A DNA stretch of 41,940 nucleotides. Origin: Clostridia bacterium (lineage in GTDB: Bacteria; Bacillota; Clostridia; Christensenellales; Borkfalkiaceae). Within the stretch, counting starts at the first letter, position 1. The number at the start of each line of letters is the position of its first letter. The position numbers and the translations under genes are program-made. The notes below the pieces were generated by a model. It ran no database searches, was not told the DNA's origin, and saw nothing but the letters and a program-made list of their open reading frames with translations. The stretch spans positions 1 through 41,940 of the forward strand of contig JAGCZN010000189.1 in assembly GCA_017959995.1 (NCBI GenBank), written 5' to 3'. Positions 7,728 to 15,582 of this stretch are shown piece by piece.

Positions 7728-8723
7728 CTATTCAAGGCGCACTCTCGGATCGACGAGAGCGTAGCACACGTCCGACATAAGGTTGCCGAGAAGCGTTAAT
7801 ATTGCCATAAACGTAAGGTAGAACATGGTAAACGGTATATCGCCGCCCACCATTGCGTAATAAGCCGAGTAGCCTATGCCCTCTATGGAAAACAGCGTTT
7901 CGGTGATCAGCGCGCCGGCAAAAAGCCCCGGCAGGGAACCGCCGAGCATGGTAACCAGCGGTATCATCGTGTTTCTGAAAGCGTGTTTGTTTATAACTTT
8001 GTTTTCGGGCACGCCTTTGGCGCGGGCGGTGCGTATGTAATCGGCGTTGAGCACTTCAAGCATATTGGTGCGCGTATATCTCATAAGTCCGCCGATGCTT
8101 ACGATTATAAGCGTTAATGCGGGAAGAACGAAATGCGCCACTCCGTCCCAGAAATATACGGCGGGCGGGGTTACGCCGGGCGTGTATCTGCCGTTGTGCA
8201 TTCCGCTTACTTCGAACCAGCCGAGATTTACGGCAAAAATCAATTTGAGAAGAGAAGCGGTGAAGAAAGTAGGCAGCGAAATACCTATGAGCGACACCAC
8301 CGTGACCGTGTAATCGGTTTTGGAATACTGCTTTCTCGCGGCGATAACGCCCAGCGGTATGGCTATCAATATTTCCGCGACGAAAGAGACCACGCCGAGA
8401 AGGAAACTGTTCCATATAACTTTGTTGAATTCCTCGGTAACGGGAATGGTATAATACCAACTGTCGCCGAAATCTCCGCGCACGAAATGGCTGAGATATA
8501 CGAAAAAGCCGCCTATTATACCTCTGTTTAGCCCGTAACGCGCCTTCATTTCGGTTACCAGTTCTTCATACGTTTTTATATTCCCGGGCTTCGTGGCAAG
8601 TTCTCTTGCCCGCGTTTCAACGTAACCTTTGGGAAGAGCGTACATAAGCGCGTAAATACAAAGCATAACGAAAAGCAGTATGAATACGCTTATAATCACC
8701 CTTTTCAAAATATATTTCAACAT
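7728..8723 (-). CDS. oppB: OppB-type ABC permease
   Basis: MLKYILKRVIISVF start, YIRTARAKGVPE EAA motif, C-terminal DPRVRLE. I prefer ATG at 8723 (AAGGAAA RBS 5 nt upstream) over the TTG at 8738 used in the ORF track. Confidence 0.85.
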   Translation of the reverse strand: MLKYILKRVIISVFILLFVMLCIYALMYALPKGYVETRARELATKPGNIKTYEELVTEMKARYGLNRGIIGGFFVYLSHFVRGDFGDSWYYTIPVTEEFNKVIWNSFLLGVVSFVAEILIAIPLGVIAARKQYSKTDYTVTVVSLIGISLPTFFTASLLKLIFAVNLGWFEVSGMHNGRYTPGVTPPAVYFWDGVAHFVLPALTLIIVSIGGLMRYTRTNMLEVLNADYIRTARAKGVPENKVINKHAFRNTMIPLVTMLGGSLPGLFAGALITETLFSIEGIGYSAYYAMVGGDIPFTMFYLTFMAILTLLGNLMSDVCYALVDPRVRLE

Positions 8724-8803
8724 AACTTTTTCCTTCAAGTTAATATATTGCGGCGCGCGGGGAAAACCGCGCGTAATTTTCTTACTTCAAAAAAACAGCA
8801 TTC

Positions 8804-8897
8804 GGGAATCGCCGTAAAACCGGCGATTCCCCCCATCCGCTTTATAATTTATAATTATAAAAAATACGAGCAGGCGGGGCGAAACCAGCCGCCCTGC
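8804..8897 (-). terminator. Two tandem hairpin/T-run structures between the binding-protein gene and the permease genes
   Basis: Minus strand: gcagggcgg...ccgcctgc (8897-8870) followed by tcgtatttttta. Then the perfect 11-bp stem gggaatcgccg/cggcgattccc (8831-8804), with a T7 run starting 8 nt after the stem. Confidence 0.5.
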
Positions 8898-8929
8898 CTG
8901 TCGTTAAGATAAGTTTAGAGGTTTTGCGC

Positions 8930-11335
8930 TTAATTCATTTCAACGAGATGGATTTCGGCAAGATACGACCAGTAAGGAGTGGTATCTTTAGTGATGGAAT
9001 CCATATTCACTCTTACGGGCGAATAAATGGTGCAATCCTTTCTCTGGTAAACGGGAATTTCAACAGCCCAGTCGAGAATTATATCGAGGCACTGTTTGTA
9101 AACGCCTTTTCTGTAAACCTTATCGGAGCTCGAGCGAGCCTGCATTATAAGTTCGTCAAGTTGGCTATCCGCAATGTGATAGTGGTTGGATTTAGTCAGG
9201 TCGTCGGAGTGATAAACCTGATACATATCGGGATCGGCCGCGCCGCCCCAAGCAGCTACCCACATATCTATCGTGCCGGCGTCCAGGCCGTTCCACAGCT
9301 CGTTGGAATCGGACGGATCGTTGATGATAAGCGAAATGCCTACGGTTTCAAGAACCTCTTTCACTTTAACGAGAAGAGCAAAAGTCGGGTGATCGCCTAC
9401 GCCGTCGCCGGGTATGGTAACTTCGTATTCGAGTTTCGCGCCCTCGGGTGCGGCCGTGAACTTATCGGTGTTTTCGTCGTAAGTGTAGCCGGCGGCTTTA
9501 AAGTAGCCTACCGCCGCGTCTTTTGCGGCAGCCCATTTTTCGGCGTCTTTATCGTCGGGAGAATAAATATCGTTTCCGTTAACGTCCTTGGAGAACGCTA
9601 TGGCGTAACCGTTGTCGGCAGGCTGCGGAGCCGCCCAGGACGCGTTGGAGATAGGATATTCTATTACGGACGCGCGGTCTTCGTAATAGGAGTTTACCGT
9701 ATACTCTCTGTAAGCCGCGAACAACGTTGCGAACGCTTTGCGGAGATTCTTGGAGGCTTCGGAAGCCTTGTTGCCCACGCTTACGCGGTTGGCGTCGATG
9801 CCGATGTAGCCGTAGCCGTTATAGTCCACAAGGTCGGTGGCAACGAAATCCCCCGCGAGGGAAAGTTCGCCGTTCTTGTTGATTTTCTTGATGGCGTCGC
9901 AAACGGTTTTGTTGATGGAAGGAGTGGCGATATCGATATCTCCCGCGACGAGGGCGGGGAATTTATCGGAATCAGCGCTGTATTCTTTTAATTTCAGGTA
10001 CTTGGTTTTGGGTTCGCCTTCCCAGTACTTGGCGTTGGCTTCAAATGAAACTATGCCGCCTTTATAGTCCACGAACTTGTAGGGGCCTGCGCCCAAAGGT
10101 TTAGTGGTCTTTTCGCGTATCGAATCAAGATTACCCCTCGTGAAGCCGTAGGAACCGTTAGCGGGATCCCAAAGCCGGGTATCGCCGTAATAGTGCATAG
10201 GCGTTACGGAAAGAGTAAGTTGGTAAACGGTAACCGCGTCGAACTTGGTGGTTTCGATCCTTACGGATTGATTCGCCTCGTTGTACGTTATACCGGAAAT
10301 GCTGTTTACGTTAGCGTCGCCCATTTCGTCACGACCGCTCGTAGCTATCCAATCCTCGGCAACGGCGTCGATATAACTTTCAAGATCGCCGTTGGCGGCT
10401 TCTACGCCTACCGCGTCGAAGAAATTGCCGTCGTAACCCGCTTTAAGGCTCTTTACGTAATCTTCAACGGAAGGAACGTCGTCGCCTTCGAGGGTGAAGG
10501 AATCGCCGGCAAGGTCAACGAAATTATCTTCGTCGTCATAATCGCCGAAGCCCCATACGTACATACCGAGGGCCACTTCGTTGTTGTTTACAACGGAAAG
10601 ATAACTTGCGTAATTGAGGGCGCAGTAACCGATTATATCGTTGGCCAGCTCGTACCAGCCGAGGTCGTTTACCGAATTCGCAAAGGAATTGAACTGTTCT
10701 TCGGAATAGCCTTCGCCCGCAACGTATTCGTACGATTCTTGATCGACGATCACGTTCTTTATCGCGCCGGCTACGCCCGCCCACTTATCGTAAACCGCGG
10801 TGGAAAGGTTAGTTCTCCATTCGTTCATACCCTTGATGGGCAGCGAATAGAACGTGGTGGATCCGTCGTAATCAACGTCGCTGTAAGCGTACATCGAGAA
10901 TACTACGTCCTTAATGGTAAGGGGCTTACCGTCGCTGAAATAAACCTGCTTATCGCCGCTCCTTATAGTTACGTCGTAATAAACGGAACCGTCGTTATTC
11001 TGCGTAACGGTAAGATCGCCCAGACCGTAATAAGTATAGTCCGTTCCGTTGTAGGGGATCGTTTCGCCTTCGATGCCTTTATATACCACGTTGCCGCCCC
11101 TGTCGCCCGCAAGTAAGCTTACCTGCGTTAAAGTATAAACGTCAACGTCGTACGCGGTGGTAGCGAAATACGGCGAAAACTTGTTCGAGAAATTAGCGTA
11201 CGCAACTACCAGGGTATCGTTCTTTTTTTCGCCGTTATCCGTGCCGCCGCCGCAGGAAGCGGCTACCAGAGCGAACGTAGCGGAAAGAACCGATACTACG
11301 AATATGCGGAGCCATTTCGAGATCCTTGTTTTCAT
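8930..11335 (-). CDS. Family-5 (peptide/nickel type) ABC substrate-binding lipoprotein, unusually large (801 aa)
   Basis: Start taken at ATG 11335 (AGGAGG RBS at 11343-11348), not the ORF-track start at 11464. Signal peptide with lipobox (LVAASCGGG). SBP_bac_5-like segments (GAGPYKFVDYKGG, WEGEPK, MWVAAWGG). Confidence 0.8.
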   Translation of the reverse strand: MKTRISKWLRIFVVSVLSATFALVAASCGGGTDNGEKKNDTLVVAYANFSNKFSPYFATTAYDVDVYTLTQVSLLAGDRGGNVVYKGIEGETIPYNGTDYTYYGLGDLTVTQNNDGSVYYDVTIRSGDKQVYFSDGKPLTIKDVVFSMYAYSDVDYDGSTTFYSLPIKGMNEWRTNLSTAVYDKWAGVAGAIKNVIVDQESYEYVAGEGYSEEQFNSFANSVNDLGWYELANDIIGYCALNYASYLSVVNNNEVALGMYVWGFGDYDDEDNFVDLAGDSFTLEGDDVPSVEDYVKSLKAGYDGNFFDAVGVEAANGDLESYIDAVAEDWIATSGRDEMGDANVNSISGITYNEANQSVRIETTKFDAVTVYQLTLSVTPMHYYGDTRLWDPANGSYGFTRGNLDSIREKTTKPLGAGPYKFVDYKGGIVSFEANAKYWEGEPKTKYLKLKEYSADSDKFPALVAGDIDIATPSINKTVCDAIKKINKNGELSLAGDFVATDLVDYNGYGYIGIDANRVSVGNKASEASKNLRKAFATLFAAYREYTVNSYYEDRASVIEYPISNASWAAPQPADNGYAIAFSKDVNGNDIYSPDDKDAEKWAAAKDAAVGYFKAAGYTYDENTDKFTAAPEGAKLEYEVTIPGDGVGDHPTFALLVKVKEVLETVGISLIINDPSDSNELWNGLDAGTIDMWVAAWGGAADPDMYQVYHSDDLTKSNHYHIADSQLDELIMQARSSSDKVYRKGVYKQCLDIILDWAVEIPVYQRKDCTIYSPVRVNMDSITKDTTPYWSYLAEIHLVEMN

Positions 11336-11427
11336 TTTTTTACCTCCTAAAAAATTATTCGTTCTAAAATTTATATAGCGCCCGCAAGAAGCGCGGAACG
11401 TATATTTCAGAGTAATGAAAAGCCGTC

Positions 11428-11468
11428 CGTTTCTTGCGTTTTTACGCAAGAAACGTGCATGCACGTTT
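11428..11468 (-). promoter_or_regulatory. Two overlapping perfect dyads in the 5' leader of the binding-protein gene
   Basis: 12-bp stem cgtttcttgcgt (11428-11439) / acgcaagaaacg (11444-11455) with a 4-nt loop. It overlaps the 18-bp palindrome aaacgtgcatgcacgttt (11451-11468) by 5 nt. Confidence 0.4.
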
Positions 11469-11554
11469 CACTTTTTCCGCAAAACGTAAAATTCCGCGGA
11501 TATTCGGTAATTAAGTTGTTTCCCCTAAGAAAACGAATTTACGAAAATAAATAA

Positions 11555-11605
11555 AATTTTATTGAAATTTTTTCCCATTATATCAACTAAACCGTTTCGT
11601 GTAAA
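11555..11605 (-). promoter_or_regulatory. Near-consensus sigma-A promoter for the binding-protein gene, plus a CodY-box-like element
   Basis: Minus strand: TTTACA (11605-11600), 17-bp spacer, TATAAT (11582-11577). AATTTTATTGAAATT at 11555-11569 matches the CodY consensus AATTTTCWGAAAATT at 12 of 15 positions and sits at the predicted transcription start. Confidence 0.5.
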
Positions 11606-11718
11606 GCGTTTTTCGATATAATAGCAAAACTTGTACAAAAAAGAAGATGTGTACGCGATACACATACAGTTGTATAAGAAAACGCCGTTTTACGTTCTAC
11701 GGCGGCAACGCTACGTTT

Positions 11719-12255
11719 TTATTCCGTTTTTACCAATTTAAGGGATCCGGCCGTTTTTCGTATTATTATATATAATGAAAAGCACGCCGCCGCGCAAACG
11801 AAAGAGAGCAAAGACGCGTAATCGAAACCGTTGATTATCTGCGCCGCAACGTACCCGCCCATGGAAACGAGGGATAAAACGTTACCCGCAAAACACCATT
11901 TTCGCGGCGTATCGGTAATACCGCGTTTGGTTTCCTCCCTGTAGGGCGGCTTTCTGAACGCCGCGCCGAAAGCGGAAAGGCACAGAAAAAAAACGGGAAA
12001 CACCTGCCCTACGTAAGGCAGAACGAAATATACCGCTCTCAGCGAGGGAGAATCGAAAAGCAGCGGAACAACGTAAAAAACGGCAAGCAGAAACGCCGCC
12101 GCGGCAAATACCGCGCGGAACGGCTTTATCGCCGCGGGATCCGCGGGGGCGTAATAGGCGCCCCTGTAAATCACCTTCGTGCGAACTTTTCCGTTTTCGT
12201 CAAGATAGTCGACGTTTTCGTAATTTTCTCTTATCCGTTTTTTATCCATACGCAT
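11719..12255 (-). CDS. Hypothetical polytopic membrane protein (178 aa)
   Basis: ATG with AAGGAAA RBS. Soluble N-terminal ~45 aa followed by about 4 hydrophobic helices. No family recognised. Confidence 0.5.
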   Translation of the reverse strand: MRMDKKRIRENYENVDYLDENGKVRTKVIYRGAYYAPADPAAIKPFRAVFAAAAFLLAVFYVVPLLFDSPSLRAVYFVLPYVGQVFPVFFLCLSAFGAAFRKPPYREETKRGITDTPRKWCFAGNVLSLVSMGGYVAAQIINGFDYASLLSFVCAAACFSLYIIIRKTAGSLKLVKTE

Positions 12256-12289
12256 TTTCCTTAAAAGCGGCGGTAAACTTATTCTTTTC

Positions 12290-12328
12290 AGATAAAAGCC
12301 CCGTAAAACACGCGTTTACGGGGCTTTT
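12290..12328. terminator. Bidirectional rho-independent terminator
   Basis: Perfect 14-bp stem aaaagccccgtaaa (12294-12307) / tttacggggctttt (12315-12328) with U-tails on both strands. Confidence 0.7.
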
Positions 12329-12345
12329 GACCTTTAACGTTAATT

Positions 12346-12753
12346 TTATTCTCCCTTCTTTTTCACGAACATGGGGATAAACAGACACGCCGCCGCCACT
12401 ACCGCGCCGATTATCAGGCCCGGCCACCAGCCGCCGAATCTCGTATTTCCGTCCAGCCCGCCGTTAAAGATAACGTCCATAAACAGCCAGAACGTTCCCA
12501 GGCCTATAGCCGCAACGCTGAGTATTCTCAGTATCTTGCTTGAACTTGCAACGAGGCTGTGAACGTACAGAACGATTCCTTCGCCGAGACACAGAACCCC
12601 CGCAAGCGCCCAGAACCAGTTACGCGCGTGGCTTACGTTAGTGGTGGTACCCGTAACTATTGCGTAAATTACGGCAAGAACGCCTACCGCGCACATAGCA
12701 ATTATAGTTGCGGGTTTGAAGCAAAAGTTTTTTACTTCCTTTTTGAAACTCAT
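12346..12753 (-). CDS. Hypothetical small membrane protein (135 aa, about 4 TM)
   Basis: ATG at 12753 with AAAGGAGGG RBS. Four hydrophobic segments. No family recognised. Confidence 0.55.
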   Translation of the reverse strand: MSFKKEVKNFCFKPATIIAMCAVGVLAVIYAIVTGTTTNVSHARNWFWALAGVLCLGEGIVLYVHSLVASSSKILRILSVAAIGLGTFWLFMDVIFNGGLDGNTRFGGWWPGLIIGAVVAAACLFIPMFVKKKGE

Positions 12754-12913
12754 TTATATACCCTCCTTTTAAGTATCCGCGTTTAACGAATACGATTTAA
12801 CGTACACGAATACAGTCTAACATAAAGAGTATATATTGTCAATGAAAAACAATGCGTATTCAAAAATATGCCCGATAACTCTTTTGCGCCGTAAAAAAAG
12901 CAAAAACGCGGGT

Positions 12914-13600
12914 TTACACCGTTTCGAACGGCTGAACGCGGGTATCCTTGTAAAATTCGGCTTCCGTATCGAAAGTTTCGGCGTTGTCGTACGCGGCGAG
13001 TTTGGAAACGGAAACCTCGTACGCAACCATCGTTTTCACTTCAGTTTCGGATATCCTTTTTTGGTATTCCCTGCTCTGTATCCTCCCGCACACCGCTATT
13101 TTTTCACCCACGGAAAGGTTTTTTACGAAGCGCGCGTTTCTGCCCCAAGCGATTGCGGGTATGTAATCGCTCTTGTTGTAGGCGCGGTTTACCGCGATCA
13201 ATAAGTCCGCTATTTCGCGGTTAAACGGCGTTGTTCTGTAAACGGGCGGCTTACAGATATAACCGGAAAGCACCACGCTGTTCGGGCTTACGGAAAGCGG
13301 TTCAGCAAGCAGTTCCCGCACGAAAACCGTTAGCATAAGTTTGCTTTTTCCTTCCGCTATTTTATTGTAACTGCGGAATTGGCCCAGCGCGGTTATCTTC
13401 GCGCCTACGTCAAGCCCGCCCTCTTCAACAAGCCTTTCGCTTACGGTTACGGGCAGTACGTCCGCCTGGCCGGAAAGCCTGTTGACGCTTACGTTGAATT
13501 CGTAAAAACCTTCCCCGTACACCTCGTGCGAGTAGACCGCAGGCGACACGATTTGTCCGTTAAGGTACACTTTGTTGTTCTTTTCGTTTACGTAGTCCAT
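12914..13600 (-). CDS. SSB-like protein with two OB folds in one 228-aa polypeptide
   Basis: Two segments show the SSB OB-fold pattern: N.V.L.G.....P...... then R/NR..... D.I....WGR.A.....L..G..I.V.GR.QSR.Y. The second half reads NSVVLSGYICKPPVYRTTPFNREIADLLIAVNRAY...DYIPAIAWGRNARFVKNLSVGEKIAVCGRIQSREYQ. ATG at 13600 with GGAGGA RBS. Confidence 0.55.
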   Translation of the reverse strand: MDYVNEKNNKVYLNGQIVSPAVYSHEVYGEGFYEFNVSVNRLSGQADVLPVTVSERLVEEGGLDVGAKITALGQFRSYNKIAEGKSKLMLTVFVRELLAEPLSVSPNSVVLSGYICKPPVYRTTPFNREIADLLIAVNRAYNKSDYIPAIAWGRNARFVKNLSVGEKIAVCGRIQSREYQKRISETEVKTMVAYEVSVSKLAAYDNAETFDTEAEFYKDTRVQPFETV

Positions 13601-13616
13601 TTTATCCTCCTAAGTT

Positions 13617-14399
13617 TTACGTTTTTTCGGCCGGACGCTGTCTTCCGTCAGCGTCTACCGTGTAATTTTCCATGTAAATAAGTTCCGATATTTTAACGAA
13701 TTCATACCCGCGCCCCTGAAGATTGGCGAAAATTTCGGGCAGGGCTTCGGGCGTGTTTTCGGCGTTGTTGTGGCAAAGTATTATCGATCCGCTTTTAACG
13801 CGGCTTATTACGCGCGAAGCTATATCACGCGCGGAAACGTTTTTCCAATCAAGGCTGTCAACGTCCCACTGGATAGCGTACAAACCGCCTTTTTCGCAGG
13901 TTTTTATCAGTCTGTCGTTATAATCGCCGTAGGGCGGGCGGAAGAGAATCACCTTTTCGCCCGTAATTTTTTCTATCGCCGCGCAAGAAGTTTCAAGTTC
14001 GTTTACTATCTTATCTTCCGACAGTTTGCTCATATACGAATGGGTGGCGCCGTGCGTGCCTATATCGTGGCCGGCGGAACGTATCTTTTCAACGTAACCG
14101 GGGTATTTTTCAGCCCAGAACTGCGTAACGAAAAACGTGCACTTCACGCCGTATTCTTTCGTTACGCGCAACAGTTCGTCCGTTTTTTCCGCCCCCCACG
14201 CGCAATCGAAAGATATCGCTATCTTCTTATCTTCCCTCTCAACCGAATATACGGGAAGTTTGCGTAAAGAAACGTTGTAATACACGGCGTACGCGCCCGT
14301 TTTTTTAAGCGTTACGCACGCCGCCGCCGAAAAGATAAGCGCAAGCAAAAATATTGCCGATCTTTTTCCGATAAATACCGCAACGGTGTTTTTCCACAA
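13617..14399 (-). CDS. Polysaccharide deacetylase (NodB homology domain), membrane-anchored
   Basis: NodB motifs FDCAWG, GHDIGTHGATH, FRPPYGDYN and IQWDVDSLDW, preceded by a TM anchor. Likely start is TTG at 14399 (AAGGAG RBS at 14408-14413). The ORF-track start at 14564 is also a TTG but has no RBS and gives an implausible lysine/arginine-rich N-terminus. Confidence 0.8.
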   Translation of the reverse strand: MWKNTVAVFIGKRSAIFLLALIFSAAACVTLKKTGAYAVYYNVSLRKLPVYSVEREDKKIAISFDCAWGAEKTDELLRVTKEYGVKCTFFVTQFWAEKYPGYVEKIRSAGHDIGTHGATHSYMSKLSEDKIVNELETSCAAIEKITGEKVILFRPPYGDYNDRLIKTCEKGGLYAIQWDVDSLDWKNVSARDIASRVISRVKSGSIILCHNNAENTPEALPEIFANLQGRGYEFVKISELIYMENYTVDADGRQRPAEKT

Positions 14400-14619
14400 A
14401 ATAATACTCCTTTCAGGCGGGAATTTTCCGACGTAATTTATCGTAAAACGGCAAATTTTGCCGAAAACCTTTTTCCGCCTTTTTTTTCTTAAAATAATAT
14501 ATTCCGCGCGCTGAATTTTAATGCTTTTCCGCAATAAAAAACGGACACGTTTCCGTATCCGCAAAAAATTTATTTTTTAATTATGCGCCGCTAATGCGTG
14601 AAAAAGGCCTTTTACGGCG

Positions 14620-15213
14620 TTATAACGTCTTTCTGTCGGCAAGGGCGCGGGCAAGCGTCATCTCGTCGGTATACTCTATGTCGGAACCTAGGGGAATACC
14701 GTGGGCAAGGCGCGTTACCTTTATGCCCAGCGGCTTTATAAGCGACGAAATATACATGGCGGTGGCTTCCCCCTCAACGTCGGGATTGGTTGCCATTATA
14801 ACCTCCTCAACGCCGCCTTCCGCTATACGGGATAATAATTCCTTTATCCTTATATCGTTGGGGCCTACGTTATCCATCGGCGAAATGGTGCCGTGAAGAA
14901 CGTGGTAAACGCCCTTATACTCGTGTATTTTTTCCAAAGCGATAACGTCCTTAGGTTCTTTGACTACTAAAATAACGCTTTTATCGCGGGTTTTGCACAC
15001 GTCGCACACGTCGGCTTCGGTAAAGTTTCCGCATATACGGCAATAGTGAACGTCCTTTTTGGCGCGCAGCAAAGCCTCGGCAAATTCCGCCACTTCGGCC
15101 TCGGGCATATTTACGATCTTATACGCGTAACGCTGCGCCGTTTTCGCGCCTACGCCCGGAAGTTTGGTGAACTCGTTGATAAGCCTGCCTATGGGTTCTA
15201 TAAAGACTTTCAT
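14620..15213 (-). CDS. recR: Recombination protein RecR
   Basis: 197 aa. Hh[12 protein letters not shown], Cys4 zinc motif CRICGNF...CDVC, Toprim domain (LVVKEPKDV..., [12 protein letters not shown]). Confidence 0.93.
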   Translation of the reverse strand: MKVFIEPIGRLINEFTKLPGVGAKTAQRYAYKIVNMPEAEVAEFAEALLRAKKDVHYCRICGNFTEADVCDVCKTRDKSVILVVKEPKDVIALEKIHEYKGVYHVLHGTISPMDNVGPNDIRIKELLSRIAEGGVEEVIMATNPDVEGEATAMYISSLIKPLGIKVTRLAHGIPLGSDIEYTDEMTLARALADRKTL

Positions 15214-15216
15214 ATA

Positions 15217-15558
15217 TCAGAACATTCCCCCGACGCTTCCGAAAGCGCCCATTTTTTCCTCGTAAAGTTTTTCCGCTTTCGCATATGCATCGTTCAGCGC
15301 GGCGACGATAAGGTCTTCAAGCATTTCCACGTCGTCCGGATCAACCGCCGCGGGATTTATGGATATGCCGAGAACGGTTTTCTTTCCGTTTACGGTTACC
15401 TTTACCATTCCGCCGCCGGCGGTTCCGTCAAGTTCCGCCGCTTCCAGTTCTTCCTGCGCTTTGGCCATCTGCTCCTGCATTTTCTGCGCCTGTTTCATAA
15501 GTTGCTGCATTTGATTTCCGCCGCCGTAGCCTCCGCCGTAGCCTTTGTATCCTGCCAT
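15217..15558 (-). CDS. ybaB: YbaB/EbfC family nucleoid-associated protein
   Basis: 113 aa. MQQLMKQAQKMQEQMAKAQEEL..., GGGMVKVTVNG, conserved dnaX-ybaB-recR synteny. AGGAGG RBS. Confidence 0.9.
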   Translation of the reverse strand: MAGYKGYGGGYGGGNQMQQLMKQAQKMQEQMAKAQEELEAAELDGTAGGGMVKVTVNGKKTVLGISINPAAVDPDDVEMLEDLIVAALNDAYAKAEKLYEEKMGAFGSVGGMF

Positions 15559-15582
15559 AAAAACCTCCTGAATCAGATGTTA

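Noticed and set aside
11336-11464. N-terminally extended ORF-track starts at 11464 (SBP), 14564 (deacetylase), 28695 (pyrR), 30081 (esterase), 40600 (rdgB), 8738 (oppB) and 36934 (MBL hydrolase).
   Set aside because: Internal starts have proper Shine-Dalgarno sequences and/or match the conserved family N-termini or signal peptides. Several of the extended starts are TTG codons without an RBS, and one overlaps a predicted promoter.
14400-14619. Several small hairpins after recR, namely cggcaaa-tt-ttgccg at about 14449-14463 and acgga-cacgtt-tccgt at 14541-14556, considered as annotated terminators.
   Set aside because: The stems are only 5-7 bp with very small loops, and alternative pairings exist. 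They are plausible but too weak to list as features.
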